DNA of 63,108 bases, filler included, from Pseudomonadota bacterium (GCA_043820105.1; 9 parts of 9 records of this genome joined end to end with filler, not necessarily neighbours in it), one strand, 5' to 3'; counted from the whole stretch's first letter, positions 49,501 to 60,315 are shown. Numbers and translations: made by a program. The notes: generated from the sequence alone by a model not told the origin.

Positions 49501-50712
49501 TTGAGGTGTATTGTGCCAAAAAAGTTCATAAAAATTATTATTCTAATATTGTTTGTCTTTTTATTCATCTTTTCTGCGGGATACGCAGGCAATTCTAGCA
49601 AAAAATCAAGACCAGAGCTTAAAACCTTTGATATAAATAATGATGGAATGATTACTCGTGGTGAGTTTAAAGGAAAAGGTAAAGATTTTGCTAAACTTGA
49701 TCTAAATGCAGATGGCGTCATTTCCAGTGATGAAATTGATCAACTTAAAGCTAGATTTAAGTCAAATATTTACCCCGGAGGTGATAAAAAACTTAAAAAT
49801 CCTTTTGAAAATGGAAGCTATGTTGTTGATATTTATGACAAAGAAAAGTCTTTTAATGGAAAAACAGTATTTGCTGATTATCATGATTTGGATAAGCCTA
49901 AAATTGTTGAAGTGAATATGAAAGGCGAGATAACTTGGGAATATAAACTTCCACGGTATATGAAAAGATATACTAATCCTGGTTTTGATGTTGAGTATAT
50001 TAAGAAAAGCGATACATTCTTATTCGTTCTTCCTATATTTGGTATTTTTGAGGTAAATAGAAAGGGAAAAATAGTATGGTCTTATAAGACCAACAAACTA
50101 AGCCATGATGCAGACAGGCTTGATAATGGAAATACTATTTATGTTTACGGGGGAGGAGACAGTAAAAATGATGCTCAGGTTATTGAGATTGATAAAAATG
50201 GTAATGTTGTTTGGAAATGGTATGCAAGTAAATATTTTGATAAGTACCCTTATAATGAAATGTACGAAGATGGTTTTTCACACACTAATTCTGTTTCCAG
50301 GTTGTCAGATGGCAAAACCTTGGTGAGTTTGCGTAATTTTGACCTGGTTGTGCTTTTGGATAAAATGGGCAAACCAATAAGCCAAATTTCAACTTCAAAA
50401 GAAGGGAGCCATCCACATGAACCAGAATTACAGGAAAATGGAAATATTTTGCTTTGTTTGCGAGCAATGCCCTGGGATAAAGTTGTTGAATATGATAAAA
50501 ACGGAAGTTTAATTTGGGAATATTCAAGCCCAGGCTTAAATATTACAAGAGATAGCGATCGTTTGCCAAATGGTAATACTTTAATTGTTGAATCCAGGTC
50601 TATACTTGAGCTAACAAAGGACAAGGAAGTTGTTTGGCGGTTTTATCTAAAGGATTTGGGTTCTGATAAAAAATATCATTCTCAGAGGTTATATAAAGCA
50701 GAGAGATTTTAG
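49501..50712 (+). CDS. Arylsulfotransferase-like beta-propeller protein with N-terminal EF-hands
   Basis: DINNDGMITRGE and DLNADGVISSDE; HDADRLDNGN, HTNSV, HEPE, G.xxWE repeats. Confidence 0.75.
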   Translation: MRCIVPKKFIKIIILILFVFLFIFSAGYAGNSSKKSRPELKTFDINNDGMITRGEFKGKGKDFAKLDLNADGVISSDEIDQLKARFKSNIYPGGDKKLKNPFENGSYVVDIYDKEKSFNGKTVFADYHDLDKPKIVEVNMKGEITWEYKLPRYMKRYTNPGFDVEYIKKSDTFLFVLPIFGIFEVNRKGKIVWSYKTNKLSHDADRLDNGNTIYVYGGGDSKNDAQVIEIDKNGNVVWKWYASKYFDKYPYNEMYEDGFSHTNSVSRLSDGKTLVSLRNFDLVVLLDKMGKPISQISTSKEGSHPHEPELQENGNILLCLRAMPWDKVVEYDKNGSLIWEYSSPGLNITRDSDRLPNGNTLIVESRSILELTKDKEVVWRFYLKDLGSDKKYHSQRLYKAERF

Positions 50713-50725
50713 TGCTTCTTGCTTT

Positions 50726-50923
50726 CTAATTTTTCAATTTGTTCAATTCTAGTTTATTTAAAGTCTCTATAGCAGTATTATTATCATTTAATGTTGGAGT
50801 ATGGTTTAAGGCAACTATTCCAAAAGATGTAACCAGGACCAAAACAGATAGTAAAACCAGAGCAAATGGTAATGAATCTTTAACTCTCTGTGAAAGATCT
50901 AACTTTCTGTTTTTTTTAGACAT
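50726..50923 (-). CDS. Small single-TM hypothetical protein
   Basis: AGGAGG RBS, one TM helix. Confidence 0.6.
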   Translation of the reverse strand: MSKKNRKLDLSQRVKDSLPFALVLLSVLVLVTSFGIVALNHTPTLNDNNTAIETLNKLELNKLKN

Positions 50924-51015
50924 TTAAAGCCCCTCCTTTTTATCTCTATGAAAAAAGTCTATTTAACAATTTTAACATATTTAACTTATGTTTACAAGGC
51001 TTGTAGTTAAAAAAT

Positions 51016-51163
51016 TGAGCAAAATATTATTAATCTCGCGATTTTTTGCTCACAAAAAAGTTTTTAAACTTAGCTTTGTTTTCGCCTAAGGGAAAAAATA
51101 ACAATATTTTAAGGCACCTAGGTCAGTTGTGTTGAATTGTCATTGTTTGGCATAATTCTTGAA
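51016..51163 (+). promoter_or_regulatory. Sigma54-like promoter with upstream inverted repeat (putative activator site)
   Basis: TGAGCAAAA-N19-TTTTGCTCA (51016-51052); TTGGCATAATTCTTGAA (51147-51163, imperfect -12). Confidence 0.45.
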
Positions 51164-51203
51164 TAATTTAAAAGTGTTACAAAAAATCGTTTAATTATGG
51201 GGA

Positions 51204-53915
51204 ATGAATATGAAATACTATGAAATTTATCTATTACTTTGCCTCTTTTTTTCTTTAATAAGCTGTGGAAATTCCAATAATATTTTAGATGTCCCTGTTT
51301 TAGACCATAATAATATACAAATCACAGATGAGATTTTTGTCGAAAGCGCTATTCCCGGGATAAGCAATGCTGAAGATGATATTATTTCCCAAGAGGGAAT
51401 TAATAATGAAGATTCAACGACTGTACCATCTGTGGAGGTTTATGTTTCTAATGATCAAGATATTATTGATCATTCAGATCCAGCTATTCCCGGATCACTT
51501 GCTCAAGTTATTGCTTCTTTGGAATATGAAAATCAAGCTGTTGCTGTTTTAGAAGGAGAACATCAATATTCAATTATAGCAGACTTTGAGATTCCTGAAA
51601 ATATAAGTTTGAGAATTGACAGGGGCTCAGTATTATCAATTGAACCTGGAGTAAGCTTTATTGTTAATGGAAGCCTTGAAGCTGGTCCATATCAAATTTT
51701 TGACATTGATTATGCTTCATATGAAAAAAATAATTTTCCTGTTCTTGGAGAAAAGACAGCCATAGATAAAGTTTATGTTGAATGGTTTGGTATAACAAAT
51801 GATGCAATTTACACAAGATACTCAAATGGCCAGGCTTTTTATTGTTCACATGAGGGCCAAGAAGAAGGTGTTTTGGTTCCTGTATATGGCAGAGATAATC
51901 AGCCAGCCATTCAGGCAGCAATTGATTTCGCAATTTCAGCTGATATTTCAACTGTTGCATTTGCTACATCTGGTAAATATGGAATTTGTAGCACAATACA
52001 ATTTGGTAGGGGTTATAGATATTCTTCTCTAATTCTAGAGGGCGTGACAAGTGCAGCCAATGATAATGGTGTTGAGATTTTGGCAGGCTTTGGAAATATG
52101 CCGGCACTTGCAGTTAATGGAATGCAAAATGGAATTATCAGAAGTATTAAATTTCAAGGAATTAATTATGCTCCTGAAGATAATGGTTATTCACTTGAAT
52201 CAACAACTGCAGAAGCAGATAGATTTATTAATCCTAATTTGGAAGAGTGGATATTAAATAACAATGATGGAAATTTTGAAGATCATGAAGTTATTGATGA
52301 TCAATATGTGCCTTATGCTGGTATTGCAATTGATCCTTTTTTAAACACCAGCTTTATTGATGGTAAGCTTTTTGCCCTGGAACCTGAAAATCGTTATTTA
52401 TCAGATTTAAACAATTATAATGCAGAATCACCAACTTGTAGTGCATCAAATGCTGATACTGTTTGCAGAACTTCAACAAATATTGAACTTGATCATGTAA
52501 CGATTGAACATTTTGTTGTTGGATATATGAGAGATTCTCATGAGCAATCAGCTACTGGAGCTACAGATAGAATTAGCCAATCAACTATTAGAAATAACAC
52601 CTATGGTGTAAGCATTGGCCATCCAAATTCAAATTCAATTTTGCTGGACACCTGCAGTATTTCAAAAAACTATATTATGGTAACAACCACAAGACATGGT
52701 GGTAGAAATGGCGATACCCCAACAATTATTAATACAACCTCTTGCTTAACATATAGGCTTTTTGAAATATCAAGTTCTGGAACTACTGGTATAACAGGCG
52801 GGAGATATGAAAGTTTTATTGAATTTGGACAAATTACCGGGGGATTGTTTTTTGCAAATGGTGTTGATTTTGATTTTGCATATGGAAGATATGATAAACC
52901 AAGTGACGATCCTGATCGAAGAATATTAAATCCAGCATATAGATTTTTTATTGACGCTCCAAGTTCTTTTACATCTACTCGTTTTTCAATTGTTGGAGAT
53001 ATGCTTAATATGCCTGCTTCTGACATTGTTTCATTTGATAATTCTGTTTTTATTCCTCAGATAGAAAATGGAAGTGGTAGTGTGCATGAAAGTTTTATTT
53101 TATCTTCAGCAAAAGACAAGGCATCTTATATAAGTGTTGAAAATTCGGTTTATGGGACAAATTCTCCAAGCATTAATACTGCCAGTTCAAGTGTTTCAAG
53201 ATTTGATTCCATGAAGGCCAGGGTACATATTCAACCTTATAATTATCAATTTATAGCAGGCAGCAACCAGGGAATTTATAATATTGTTGATAGACCATCA
53301 TATTATTATAATATTAATATTTTAGAAAATTCATTAATAGTACCAGAAGATACACGCCCAGGTGCAATTTTTCAATTTGAAGTTCAAAATGCTGAGGATT
53401 TATTAATTGGAGATTATATTTATTGGAATTGTACAACCATTAATTCATCAAATGATCAAATAGAAGAAAATCTTTTGCTCGCGCTTAAAATAACGGCAAT
53501 TACAAATAATGGCCAAACTGCAAGAATTGAAGCAGAGTCTCTAGTAAATGGCATTGATGGTGCATGGACCTTAGATAGTGCTACAATAAACAATATTAAT
53601 TATAAAGTAACCTATGGATACAGGCAGGCAATGGTTTTTGGTGGAACCTACAGACTGGGCAATGTTCCAGGAACAACAAGTAATGGTAGTTTTGAAGTAA
53701 ATAATATTGATGCAACTTCTATTAATAAGTTCTATATTGGAGATTGGATTTTTTCAGAAGCCCACCCTGATGGAGCCAGAATTTTAGAAATAGATGATGG
53801 GGGAAATTATTGGGATATTAGCACAAATGTAATCACCCTATCAAAAGCAGCTTCAAATATTTCAGATGTTGATACAAGCATTGAAATTTATAATTCTCTA
53901 ATTGATAGAATCTAG
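51204..53915 (+). CDS. Large lipoprotein with pectin-lyase-like beta-helix (tailspike/depolymerase-like)
   Basis: LISC lipobox; IPENISL...GPYQIF...VEWFG...DNQPAIQAAID; Asn/Gly-rich beta repeats. Confidence 0.65.
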   Translation: MNMKYYEIYLLLCLFFSLISCGNSNNILDVPVLDHNNIQITDEIFVESAIPGISNAEDDIISQEGINNEDSTTVPSVEVYVSNDQDIIDHSDPAIPGSLAQVIASLEYENQAVAVLEGEHQYSIIADFEIPENISLRIDRGSVLSIEPGVSFIVNGSLEAGPYQIFDIDYASYEKNNFPVLGEKTAIDKVYVEWFGITNDAIYTRYSNGQAFYCSHEGQEEGVLVPVYGRDNQPAIQAAIDFAISADISTVAFATSGKYGICSTIQFGRGYRYSSLILEGVTSAANDNGVEILAGFGNMPALAVNGMQNGIIRSIKFQGINYAPEDNGYSLESTTAEADRFINPNLEEWILNNNDGNFEDHEVIDDQYVPYAGIAIDPFLNTSFIDGKLFALEPENRYLSDLNNYNAESPTCSASNADTVCRTSTNIELDHVTIEHFVVGYMRDSHEQSATGATDRISQSTIRNNTYGVSIGHPNSNSILLDTCSISKNYIMVTTTRHGGRNGDTPTIINTTSCLTYRLFEISSSGTTGITGGRYESFIEFGQITGGLFFANGVDFDFAYGRYDKPSDDPDRRILNPAYRFFIDAPSSFTSTRFSIVGDMLNMPASDIVSFDNSVFIPQIENGSGSVHESFILSSAKDKASYISVENSVYGTNSPSINTASSSVSRFDSMKARVHIQPYNYQFIAGSNQGIYNIVDRPSYYYNINILENSLIVPEDTRPGAIFQFEVQNAEDLLIGDYIYWNCTTINSSNDQIEENLLLALKITAITNNGQTARIEAESLVNGIDGAWTLDSATINNINYKVTYGYRQAMVFGGTYRLGNVPGTTSNGSFEVNNIDATSINKFYIGDWIFSEAHPDGARILEIDDGGNYWDISTNVITLSKAASNISDVDTSIEIYNSLIDRI

Positions 53916-54050
53916 TTGGATAGCTTTAATGAAGCATTATATGCTTTTCCACCATTAATACGCTGCTAATCGGGTACAATAAAAGAAAGATTGATTTTTA
54001 TACTAATTTATTATTAAAGATCATGAAAAAGTAATAAAGGAGTTTACAAA

Positions 54051-54368
54051 ATGGGTGAAGAATCAAGACAATATAAAAGAGCGGATATTAATATAAAAGC
54101 ACTATCTCCTGATATCTCAGAGGAAATAAAAATTGTTAATCTGAGCACGCATGGGGCATTTTTAGTTAGTAAATTAATACTTGATATTGGTGAAGAGTTT
54201 TCTTTATCTTTTACACTTCCTGATGACCAAGATGAAATCAGAGTTGGTGGTCAGGTTGTATGGAATAGAGATAAGGGTGATAATCCTGGCATGGGCATTC
54301 AATTCATGGGGCTCTCAGAAGTTAATTTTGATAAGCTCCTTCATTATATAGAAGAGCTTTATAAATAG
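54051..54368 (+). CDS. PilZ-domain protein
   Basis: RQYKR and NLSTHG motifs, VVW, GMGIQF. Confidence 0.92.
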   Translation: MGEESRQYKRADINIKALSPDISEEIKIVNLSTHGAFLVSKLILDIGEEFSLSFTLPDDQDEIRVGGQVVWNRDKGDNPGMGIQFMGLSEVNFDKLLHYIEELYK

Positions 54369-54440
54369 ATTTTTATCCATTTTTTGAAATTAAAGCTATA
54401 GAGTTCACATAAACATAATTGACCTACAGAAAGAAATAAT

Positions 54441-55649
54441 ATGAAAATTATGAAAAGATTATTTTTCCTTTATTTAATTTTTTGCACATTTATTGCTTTT
54501 TCTCAGAATATTAGTGCTAGCCAGGATTATTACCTTGTGGAGTCAACCCCCATTGAAACAGATCTTGATAATCCAGATATTCCAAATACTTTAGATGTTT
54601 GGATTGAGCTTTTTAATTCCGCACAAAAGTCCATTGATCTTTCACACTTTATTTTGGATTCAGGAAATGATGAGGCTTTTAATGGCGTCCTGGCTTTGCT
54701 TAAGAAAAAAAGTGAGCAAGGTGTAAAAATTCGTCTTTTGTATGACCAAAAAAAATATTCAGTATCTAAGGAAGTTGTTGGTATTTTCAAGAAGTTTAAA
54801 AATTGTGAAGTGCGGGCTATTGACCTTGAAAAACTAACAACAGGTATCCTACACACAAAATATATTATTGTAGATAATAAAAGATCCTTTGTTGGCTCTC
54901 AAAACTTTTTATTTGCTTCTATGAATCATATTCATGAAACAGGTCTTTATTTTAATGGTACTGTAGTTACAGACGATCTAATAAAATTGTTTAATTTTGA
55001 TTGGGAATTAGCAGACAAAATAAACAAGGGCAAAAAAATTATTTTCAGTCAAAAAACATATGATAAAGTGCCCCAGAAAGATCTTTTTACTTCCATTACT
55101 TTGCCTAGCCTGAACCCTGAAGAATTTCCATCTACAGAAGCAGTAATTTTGGATAAATTAAAAAATGCCAAGAAAAATGTTTATATTCAGTTATATAGTA
55201 TAGCTACTGTTAACAGATATGGTAAGGGTCCAAAAGAATATTCTCTTTTATTTGATGCTATTGTACAGGCTGGAAAAAGAGGTGTGAAGGTTTCTATTTT
55301 AGCTCCAGACTGGTGTATGAAAGAGCCTAAGTTAGGTACTTTAAAAAAACTTGCCAAGGAGGAAAATATAACTGTAAAATTTGTTACTATTCCTCAGTAC
55401 AGCAAGCGATTTATTGCCTACGCGCGCGTTATTCATTCAAAATATTTTATTGTTGATTCAGAATTTGCTCAAATTGGAACTTCGAATTGGGAGTATTCAT
55501 ATTTTTATAATACTAGAAATGTAGAGATTAACTTTACCTCCCCTAAGGTTATTTCAAATCTCGAAAAAATATTTAATAAGCTTTGGAATAGCAAATATGC
55601 CTACTTAGTAGATGTTAATAAAGATTACAAAGCCCCAAAGGTTTATTAA
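54441..55649 (+). CDS. Secreted phospholipase D-family protein (PLD3/K4-like)
   Basis: LVESTP, HTKYIIVD...GSQN and HSKYFIVD...GTSNW. Confidence 0.9.
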   Translation: MKIMKRLFFLYLIFCTFIAFSQNISASQDYYLVESTPIETDLDNPDIPNTLDVWIELFNSAQKSIDLSHFILDSGNDEAFNGVLALLKKKSEQGVKIRLLYDQKKYSVSKEVVGIFKKFKNCEVRAIDLEKLTTGILHTKYIIVDNKRSFVGSQNFLFASMNHIHETGLYFNGTVVTDDLIKLFNFDWELADKINKGKKIIFSQKTYDKVPQKDLFTSITLPSLNPEEFPSTEAVILDKLKNAKKNVYIQLYSIATVNRYGKGPKEYSLLFDAIVQAGKRGVKVSILAPDWCMKEPKLGTLKKLAKEENITVKFVTIPQYSKRFIAYARVIHSKYFIVDSEFAQIGTSNWEYSYFYNTRNVEINFTSPKVISNLEKIFNKLWNSKYAYLVDVNKDYKAPKVY

Positions 55650-55671
55650 ATTAAAAAAATTGGCAGCACCT

Positions 55672-55941
55672 ATGATTTTAAATATTATTTTTGTTTTTTG
55701 TTTTATATCATTTTTTATTGGAGGATTATCTGCGCTTTTTTTTAAAGACAGAACCAGAAGAATTTGTTCAATTATTATGCTTGGTATAAGTCTGTTTCTT
55801 TTTTCAACTATTGCTGCTTTCCTGGTTAGGGAAACAGACCTCTTTATTCTTTCATTTTTTTTATTAATAATATTAATTTTTAATTCAGCCTTTGCTTTTT
55901 TATTGCAACTGAAAGGGAAGATAATTGATAAGTTGGAATAA
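55672..55941 (+). CDS. Three-TM membrane protein, weakly NuoK/MrpC-like
   Basis: Size, three TM helices, FFIGGLSALF; similarity judged by eye only. Confidence 0.45.
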   Translation: MILNIIFVFCFISFFIGGLSALFFKDRTRRICSIIMLGISLFLFSTIAAFLVRETDLFILSFFLLIILIFNSAFAFLLQLKGKIIDKLE

Positions 55942-56725
55942 ATATCTGATTTTTGGATATAATGAGGGGCTTTTAATCCTGCCCTTTTTAGTATTATTAC
56001 TTCTAGTGGCTATTCAAGCTTTTATTCAGTTAAAACATAAAAATAAGGATTTTCATTTTATATATTCTTTTTTGAGCCTATTTTTGTTTGTTGCTTTGAG
56101 TTTTGTTTTTGTGCAAAAGCTTGAACTTTCTGGTTTTATTGCATTTGCTCTGCAGCCATATTTTGATATTTGGCTTCAATGTATTATAAATATTATTTTT
56201 GGCCTTGCTTTATTATATCATGTTCTAATTTCAAAAAGTAATATAAGATATAATATTCTTATCCTATTTTCCCTTCTTTTTCTTAATGTTATGCTCTTTG
56301 CTAATGAGTTTATAACTTTTATCTTAGCCTATAATTTTTCACTGCTAATTTTTTTAACTATTTTATATCTAAATACATTTAATAAAAATGCCTTTAATTT
56401 ACTTTTTGAAAATTTTATTAAAGTTTTTTGCCTTTGCTCATTTCTTATAATAACAGCTGTTGTTTTTTATTTAGCCAGGACAAGTTTTTCTTTTAGTGAA
56501 ATTGATATAAATATTTTTAATCTTAATTATTTTGATCACTTTTTGATTTTAGGTATTATTTTCCTGGTCTTTAGTTTTATAATGAGCACATTTCTGTTTT
56601 TAAAAACCATTTATTTAAAACACTGTTTTTCAAATCAAAAAATAATAGCTCTAGCTTCTTTTGCTTTTTTGCTTTTTATGTTTTTGGCTTATTACAAAAT
56701 AATCAGGGAGTTGTTTATTTTTTAA
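55925..56725 (+). CDS. Multi-TM membrane protein, weakly like the NuoN/MrpD N-terminal half
   Basis: About 8 TM; LILFSLLFLNVMLFANEFITFILAY and YLARTSFSFSEI resemble NuoN segments; conserved charged residues not evident. Confidence 0.45.
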   Translation: MISWNKYLIFGYNEGLLILPFLVLLLLVAIQAFIQLKHKNKDFHFIYSFLSLFLFVALSFVFVQKLELSGFIAFALQPYFDIWLQCIINIIFGLALLYHVLISKSNIRYNILILFSLLFLNVMLFANEFITFILAYNFSLLIFLTILYLNTFNKNAFNLLFENFIKVFCLCSFLIITAVVFYLARTSFSFSEIDINIFNLNYFDHFLILGIIFLVFSFIMSTFLFLKTIYLKHCFSNQKIIALASFAFLLFMFLAYYKIIRELFIF

Positions 56726-57635
56726 GAACTTTAAAATTGTCTATAGAAATATTCAAAATTTCTCTTGTTTTACTATTTTCAAACACAAAAGAAGCTTCCC
56801 CTGATACAGCATTGTCAGCAATTGAATTAAGAATAACTTTTGCTTGGTTTAATTTTATATATGCAGAATCATTTGATGAAGGGAATTCAATCCTAACTGT
56901 TGGTGAGAAGAAGGAGGGTGTTCCAATTGTGGGGTTAATTATAGTCTTAGTTATTAAATAATGTCCTGGAATATGTATGCTTAAATTTATTTTTCTGCTA
57001 ATTAAAGGGTCATTTTTTTTCTGATTTTCTGGGGCTTTATTTCCAATAAAAAATGAAAAACTAATATTTACATCTCCATAAAAGAAAGTATTTTTTGTAA
57101 AACCCGAGTCAGTCGAGTTATCAAAAACAAACCAGCGATCATTTGGATTTGGTCTTTTATTTTTAAATAAACGTGTTAAAGAAATAATAACCTGGGGGTT
57201 GTCAGGTTTTTTATTAAGACGCAACTTGAGCGCATCAATTTCTTGAATAACTGTATTAATTTGGTCGCTTAGAAGCGCAATAGATTTTTTTAAATAGCTT
57301 AGATCATCATTTGATTTTGGAAAAGATTGTATTACTTGAGTTGGTTTTGTGTTAGATTTATTTGAAATAGAGCTTTTCATTTCACTAGAATCTGTTTCAA
57401 GTTTGCTTATAACTGAACGCAAATTGTCGATTTCCGACTTGTTTCTGCCCTGGTCTGTCTGCAGAGAAGATAGTTGAGATTGTATTTGTCCAAGCTGACC
57501 TTTTAGTTCATCAAGTGAAGCAAGGACTTCATCTTCATTGCAAAAGCTTGTGTATGATAATAATAGAATAAAAAAAAGTACTATAGAAATTGATTTTTTC
57601 ATAGATAATATATCGCAATTATTGTAATAATACAT
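56715..57635 (-). CDS. Secreted coiled-coil hypothetical protein
   Basis: Signal peptide (likely start MKKSIS), heptad region, beta-rich C-terminus. Confidence 0.7.
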   Translation of the reverse strand: MYYYNNCDILSMKKSISIVLFFILLLSYTSFCNEDEVLASLDELKGQLGQIQSQLSSLQTDQGRNKSEIDNLRSVISKLETDSSEMKSSISNKSNTKPTQVIQSFPKSNDDLSYLKKSIALLSDQINTVIQEIDALKLRLNKKPDNPQVIISLTRLFKNKRPNPNDRWFVFDNSTDSGFTKNTFFYGDVNISFSFFIGNKAPENQKKNDPLISRKINLSIHIPGHYLITKTIINPTIGTPSFFSPTVRIEFPSSNDSAYIKLNQAKVILNSIADNAVSGEASFVFENSKTREILNISIDNFKVLKK

Positions 57636-57773
57636 AATTCTTAAGAAAATTAAACTTAAAAGTCAAATGGCATGTGTTTATTCTTGGGTTGATAAAATTT
57701 GAAAAAAATGTATTCAATATTTAGTATTTTTGACTGAATACAGAATACTAAATACTATTATCAAGGAGTAATA

Positions 57774-58577
57774 ATGAAAATAGGTATTATTGGTGGAGGT
57801 GTAATGGGCGAGATTCTTGCTGATTCGCTTATTAAGAAAGAGGTATTTGCAAAGGAAGATATAGAAATTTATGATATACATGAAAGGAAGCTTTTTGAAT
57901 TAAAAGAGAAGTATGGAATTATTCCTTCAAGTTCAATAGGATCTATTTTGAAAAAGGCAGATTTAATAATTTTGTCTGTTAAACCGCAAAACATTAATGA
58001 TGTAATAATTAAAATGAAAGGCAAGCTTTCTTCAAATCAGCTTATTATTTCGATTATCGCTGGTGTTACCTTGCGCTTTTTAAAAGAGGGCTTAAAACAC
58101 CAAAGAGTAATCAGGAGCATGCCTAATATTGCCTCAAAAATATCAGAAGGAATGACAGTATGGATAGCAGGATCAAAGGCAGATGAATATGATAAAATGC
58201 TTGCTAAAATGATATTTCAGTCATTTGGAAGAGAAGTAGAAGTTGAATTTGAAGACCTGGTTGATTCTGCAACTGCAATTTCTGGTTCCGGGCCAGCTTA
58301 TATTTTCTATATTGCAGAAACACTAATGGAAGCAGCTTTAGAGCTGAGATACGACAAGGAAGATGCCTTGAAACTTGTTATGCAAACCTTTAAAGGAAGC
58401 ATGAATCTTTGGGCCGAAACAAATGAAGAACCTGAAACATTACGACATAAGGTAACATCAGCCAAAGGAACAACAGAAGCAGCAATTAATTGCTTTAATA
58501 ATGGAAATCTAAAAGAAAAATTTATCAGTGGTGTTAAGGCTGCCTATGATAGATCAAAAGAATTAGGAAAGGCTTAG
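57774..58577 (+). CDS. proC: Pyrroline-5-carboxylate reductase
   Basis: IGGGVMG, SVKPQ, RSMPN, TAISGSGPAY, VTSAKGTT. Confidence 0.97.
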   Translation: MKIGIIGGGVMGEILADSLIKKEVFAKEDIEIYDIHERKLFELKEKYGIIPSSSIGSILKKADLIILSVKPQNINDVIIKMKGKLSSNQLIISIIAGVTLRFLKEGLKHQRVIRSMPNIASKISEGMTVWIAGSKADEYDKMLAKMIFQSFGREVEVEFEDLVDSATAISGSGPAYIFYIAETLMEAALELRYDKEDALKLVMQTFKGSMNLWAETNEEPETLRHKVTSAKGTTEAAINCFNNGNLKEKFISGVKAAYDRSKELGKA

Positions 58578-58582
58578 AATAA

Positions 58583-59815
58583 ATGATGTATATTACAATT
58601 TCCTTTATCATTTTTTTTATAATTAAACTTGTTTTCGAAGTTTACTTAGATTTAAGAAACCTTAAGCATATTAGCTTGAACAGTAATTCACTTCCAGAAC
58701 AATTTATAAATTCCGTTACATCTGAAGAACATTTAAAAGCAGCTAACTATAATATTGACAAAATAACTACATCCTTTTGCTTTTTGCCTTTAGATATTCT
58801 GATTTTAATTCTTTGGTTATTTGGCGGAGGAATATTTCTTCTTGATTATTATGTTAGTTCTTTCAATTTTGGAGAGATTTTAACTGGGAATATTTATTTC
58901 GCCATTTTTTTTGTTTTAGCTTCTTTATTAGCACTTCCATCTTCAATTTATTCAACATTTGTAATAGAAGAAAAATATGGTTTCAATAAAACCACGAAAA
59001 AACTATTTTTTGTTGATTTGCTTAAGGGACTTGGGCTGGCTTTAATTTTAGGCCTTCCATTGCTTTCAGTAATACTTTTTTTAATGGAACTTATGGGAAA
59101 TATTTGGTGGTTCATTGCTTTTATAGCTTTTTCAGCCTTTCAAATATTTATTATGTTTATTTATCCAACAATTATTGCCCCTATTTTTAATAAATTTACA
59201 CCTCTTGAAGATGGTGATTTAAAGGAAAAAATAAAAGAATTGTGTAAAAAATGCAATTTTGAATTTAAGGACGTTTTTAAAATGGACGCATCTCGCAGAA
59301 GCAGTCATGGAAATGCTTATTTTACAAGCTTTGGAAAGAATAAGCGCATAGTTTTATTTGATACAATTTTAAATACTCTTAGTGATAATGAGATTATCGC
59401 AATTTTAGCCCACGAAATTGGACATTATAAGTGCAAGCATATTTATAAAAATCTAGCGGAGTTTTTGATAATTAGCTTTATTGGTTTTTATTTACTTGGC
59501 TTTGTTTATCCGATCGAAGAATTTTACTATGCCTTTAATGTTTATGAACCTTCATCATACATTGCAATAATGCTTTTTATTATTGTTGTTCCAATTTATA
59601 CTTTTTTATTTACACCTTTAGCATCCTGGTTATCGCGAAGGGATGAATATGAAGCTGATAGATTCGCAAAGAAGCATGCAAATGCTCAAGATTTAATTAG
59701 TTCTTTAATTACGTTATATAAAGATAATGCAAGCTTCTTAACTTCGGATCCCCTATATTCCAAATTTTATCATTCACATCCGAATATTATTGATAGAATA
59801 GAAGGACTTAAATGA
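58583..59815 (+). CDS. M48 family (Ste24-like) metallopeptidase
   Basis: DASRRSSHGNAYF, AHEIGH, EYEAD, HSHP. Confidence 0.95.
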   Translation: MMYITISFIIFFIIKLVFEVYLDLRNLKHISLNSNSLPEQFINSVTSEEHLKAANYNIDKITTSFCFLPLDILILILWLFGGGIFLLDYYVSSFNFGEILTGNIYFAIFFVLASLLALPSSIYSTFVIEEKYGFNKTTKKLFFVDLLKGLGLALILGLPLLSVILFLMELMGNIWWFIAFIAFSAFQIFIMFIYPTIIAPIFNKFTPLEDGDLKEKIKELCKKCNFEFKDVFKMDASRRSSHGNAYFTSFGKNKRIVLFDTILNTLSDNEIIAILAHEIGHYKCKHIYKNLAEFLIISFIGFYLLGFVYPIEEFYYAFNVYEPSSYIAIMLFIIVVPIYTFLFTPLASWLSRRDEYEADRFAKKHANAQDLISSLITLYKDNASFLTSDPLYSKFYHSHPNIIDRIEGLK

Positions 59816-59876
59816 TTTTGGATTATAAATTTTGAATTTTGAATTGAATAGGCAAAAAGCTGATAGCTGAAAGCTT
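59815..59876. repeat. Two abutting heptamer arrays, (ATTTTGA)-like x5 and (AWAGCTG) x3
   Basis: attttgg attataa attttga attttga attgaat; aaagctg atagctg aaagctt; between convergent genes. Confidence 0.65.
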
Positions 59877-60297
59877 ATTCCTTGTGACAACCATTACAGG
59901 TAGCTAATTTTTGCTCTTTAATTTTAACTTCGTCTTTTGCTTTTTTGTGGCAAGGTGTACAGCTTTTGTGCATTGCTGTTTTTCTGTTAAATTTTGAAGC
60001 ACCTTCCTTATCTTTATCTTCTTTCCAGTGACAGCCTTTAGCGGAACAGTTGTTAATGTCCATTCCAACTTTAGCATCTGCTTGAGTGTGGTGGCAATCT
60101 GCACATTTTTTAATGTATTTAGCAAAATTACCCTGCATTGCCGCATGATCTTTGTGAGTAAATTTCACTTTTGTTGCTTTTTTGTAAGTTGTTGGCCATT
60201 CATAAGAGTCTTTAGCTTCTTTTCCGGCATAAATGGAGATAGAAAGCAAAGCCGCAACACAAAAAATAACCATCGCAAATAGATAAGATCTTTTCAT
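59875..60297 (-). CDS. Tetraheme cytochrome c3 (class III)
   Basis: Signal peptide; FTHKDH; CADCHH, CSAKGCH, CTPCH, CNGCH. Confidence 0.93.
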   Translation of the reverse strand: MKRSYLFAMVIFCVAALLSISIYAGKEAKDSYEWPTTYKKATKVKFTHKDHAAMQGNFAKYIKKCADCHHTQADAKVGMDINNCSAKGCHWKEDKDKEGASKFNRKTAMHKSCTPCHKKAKDEVKIKEQKLATCNGCHKE

Positions 60298-60315
60298 GAA
60301 ACTCTCCTTGTTTTT

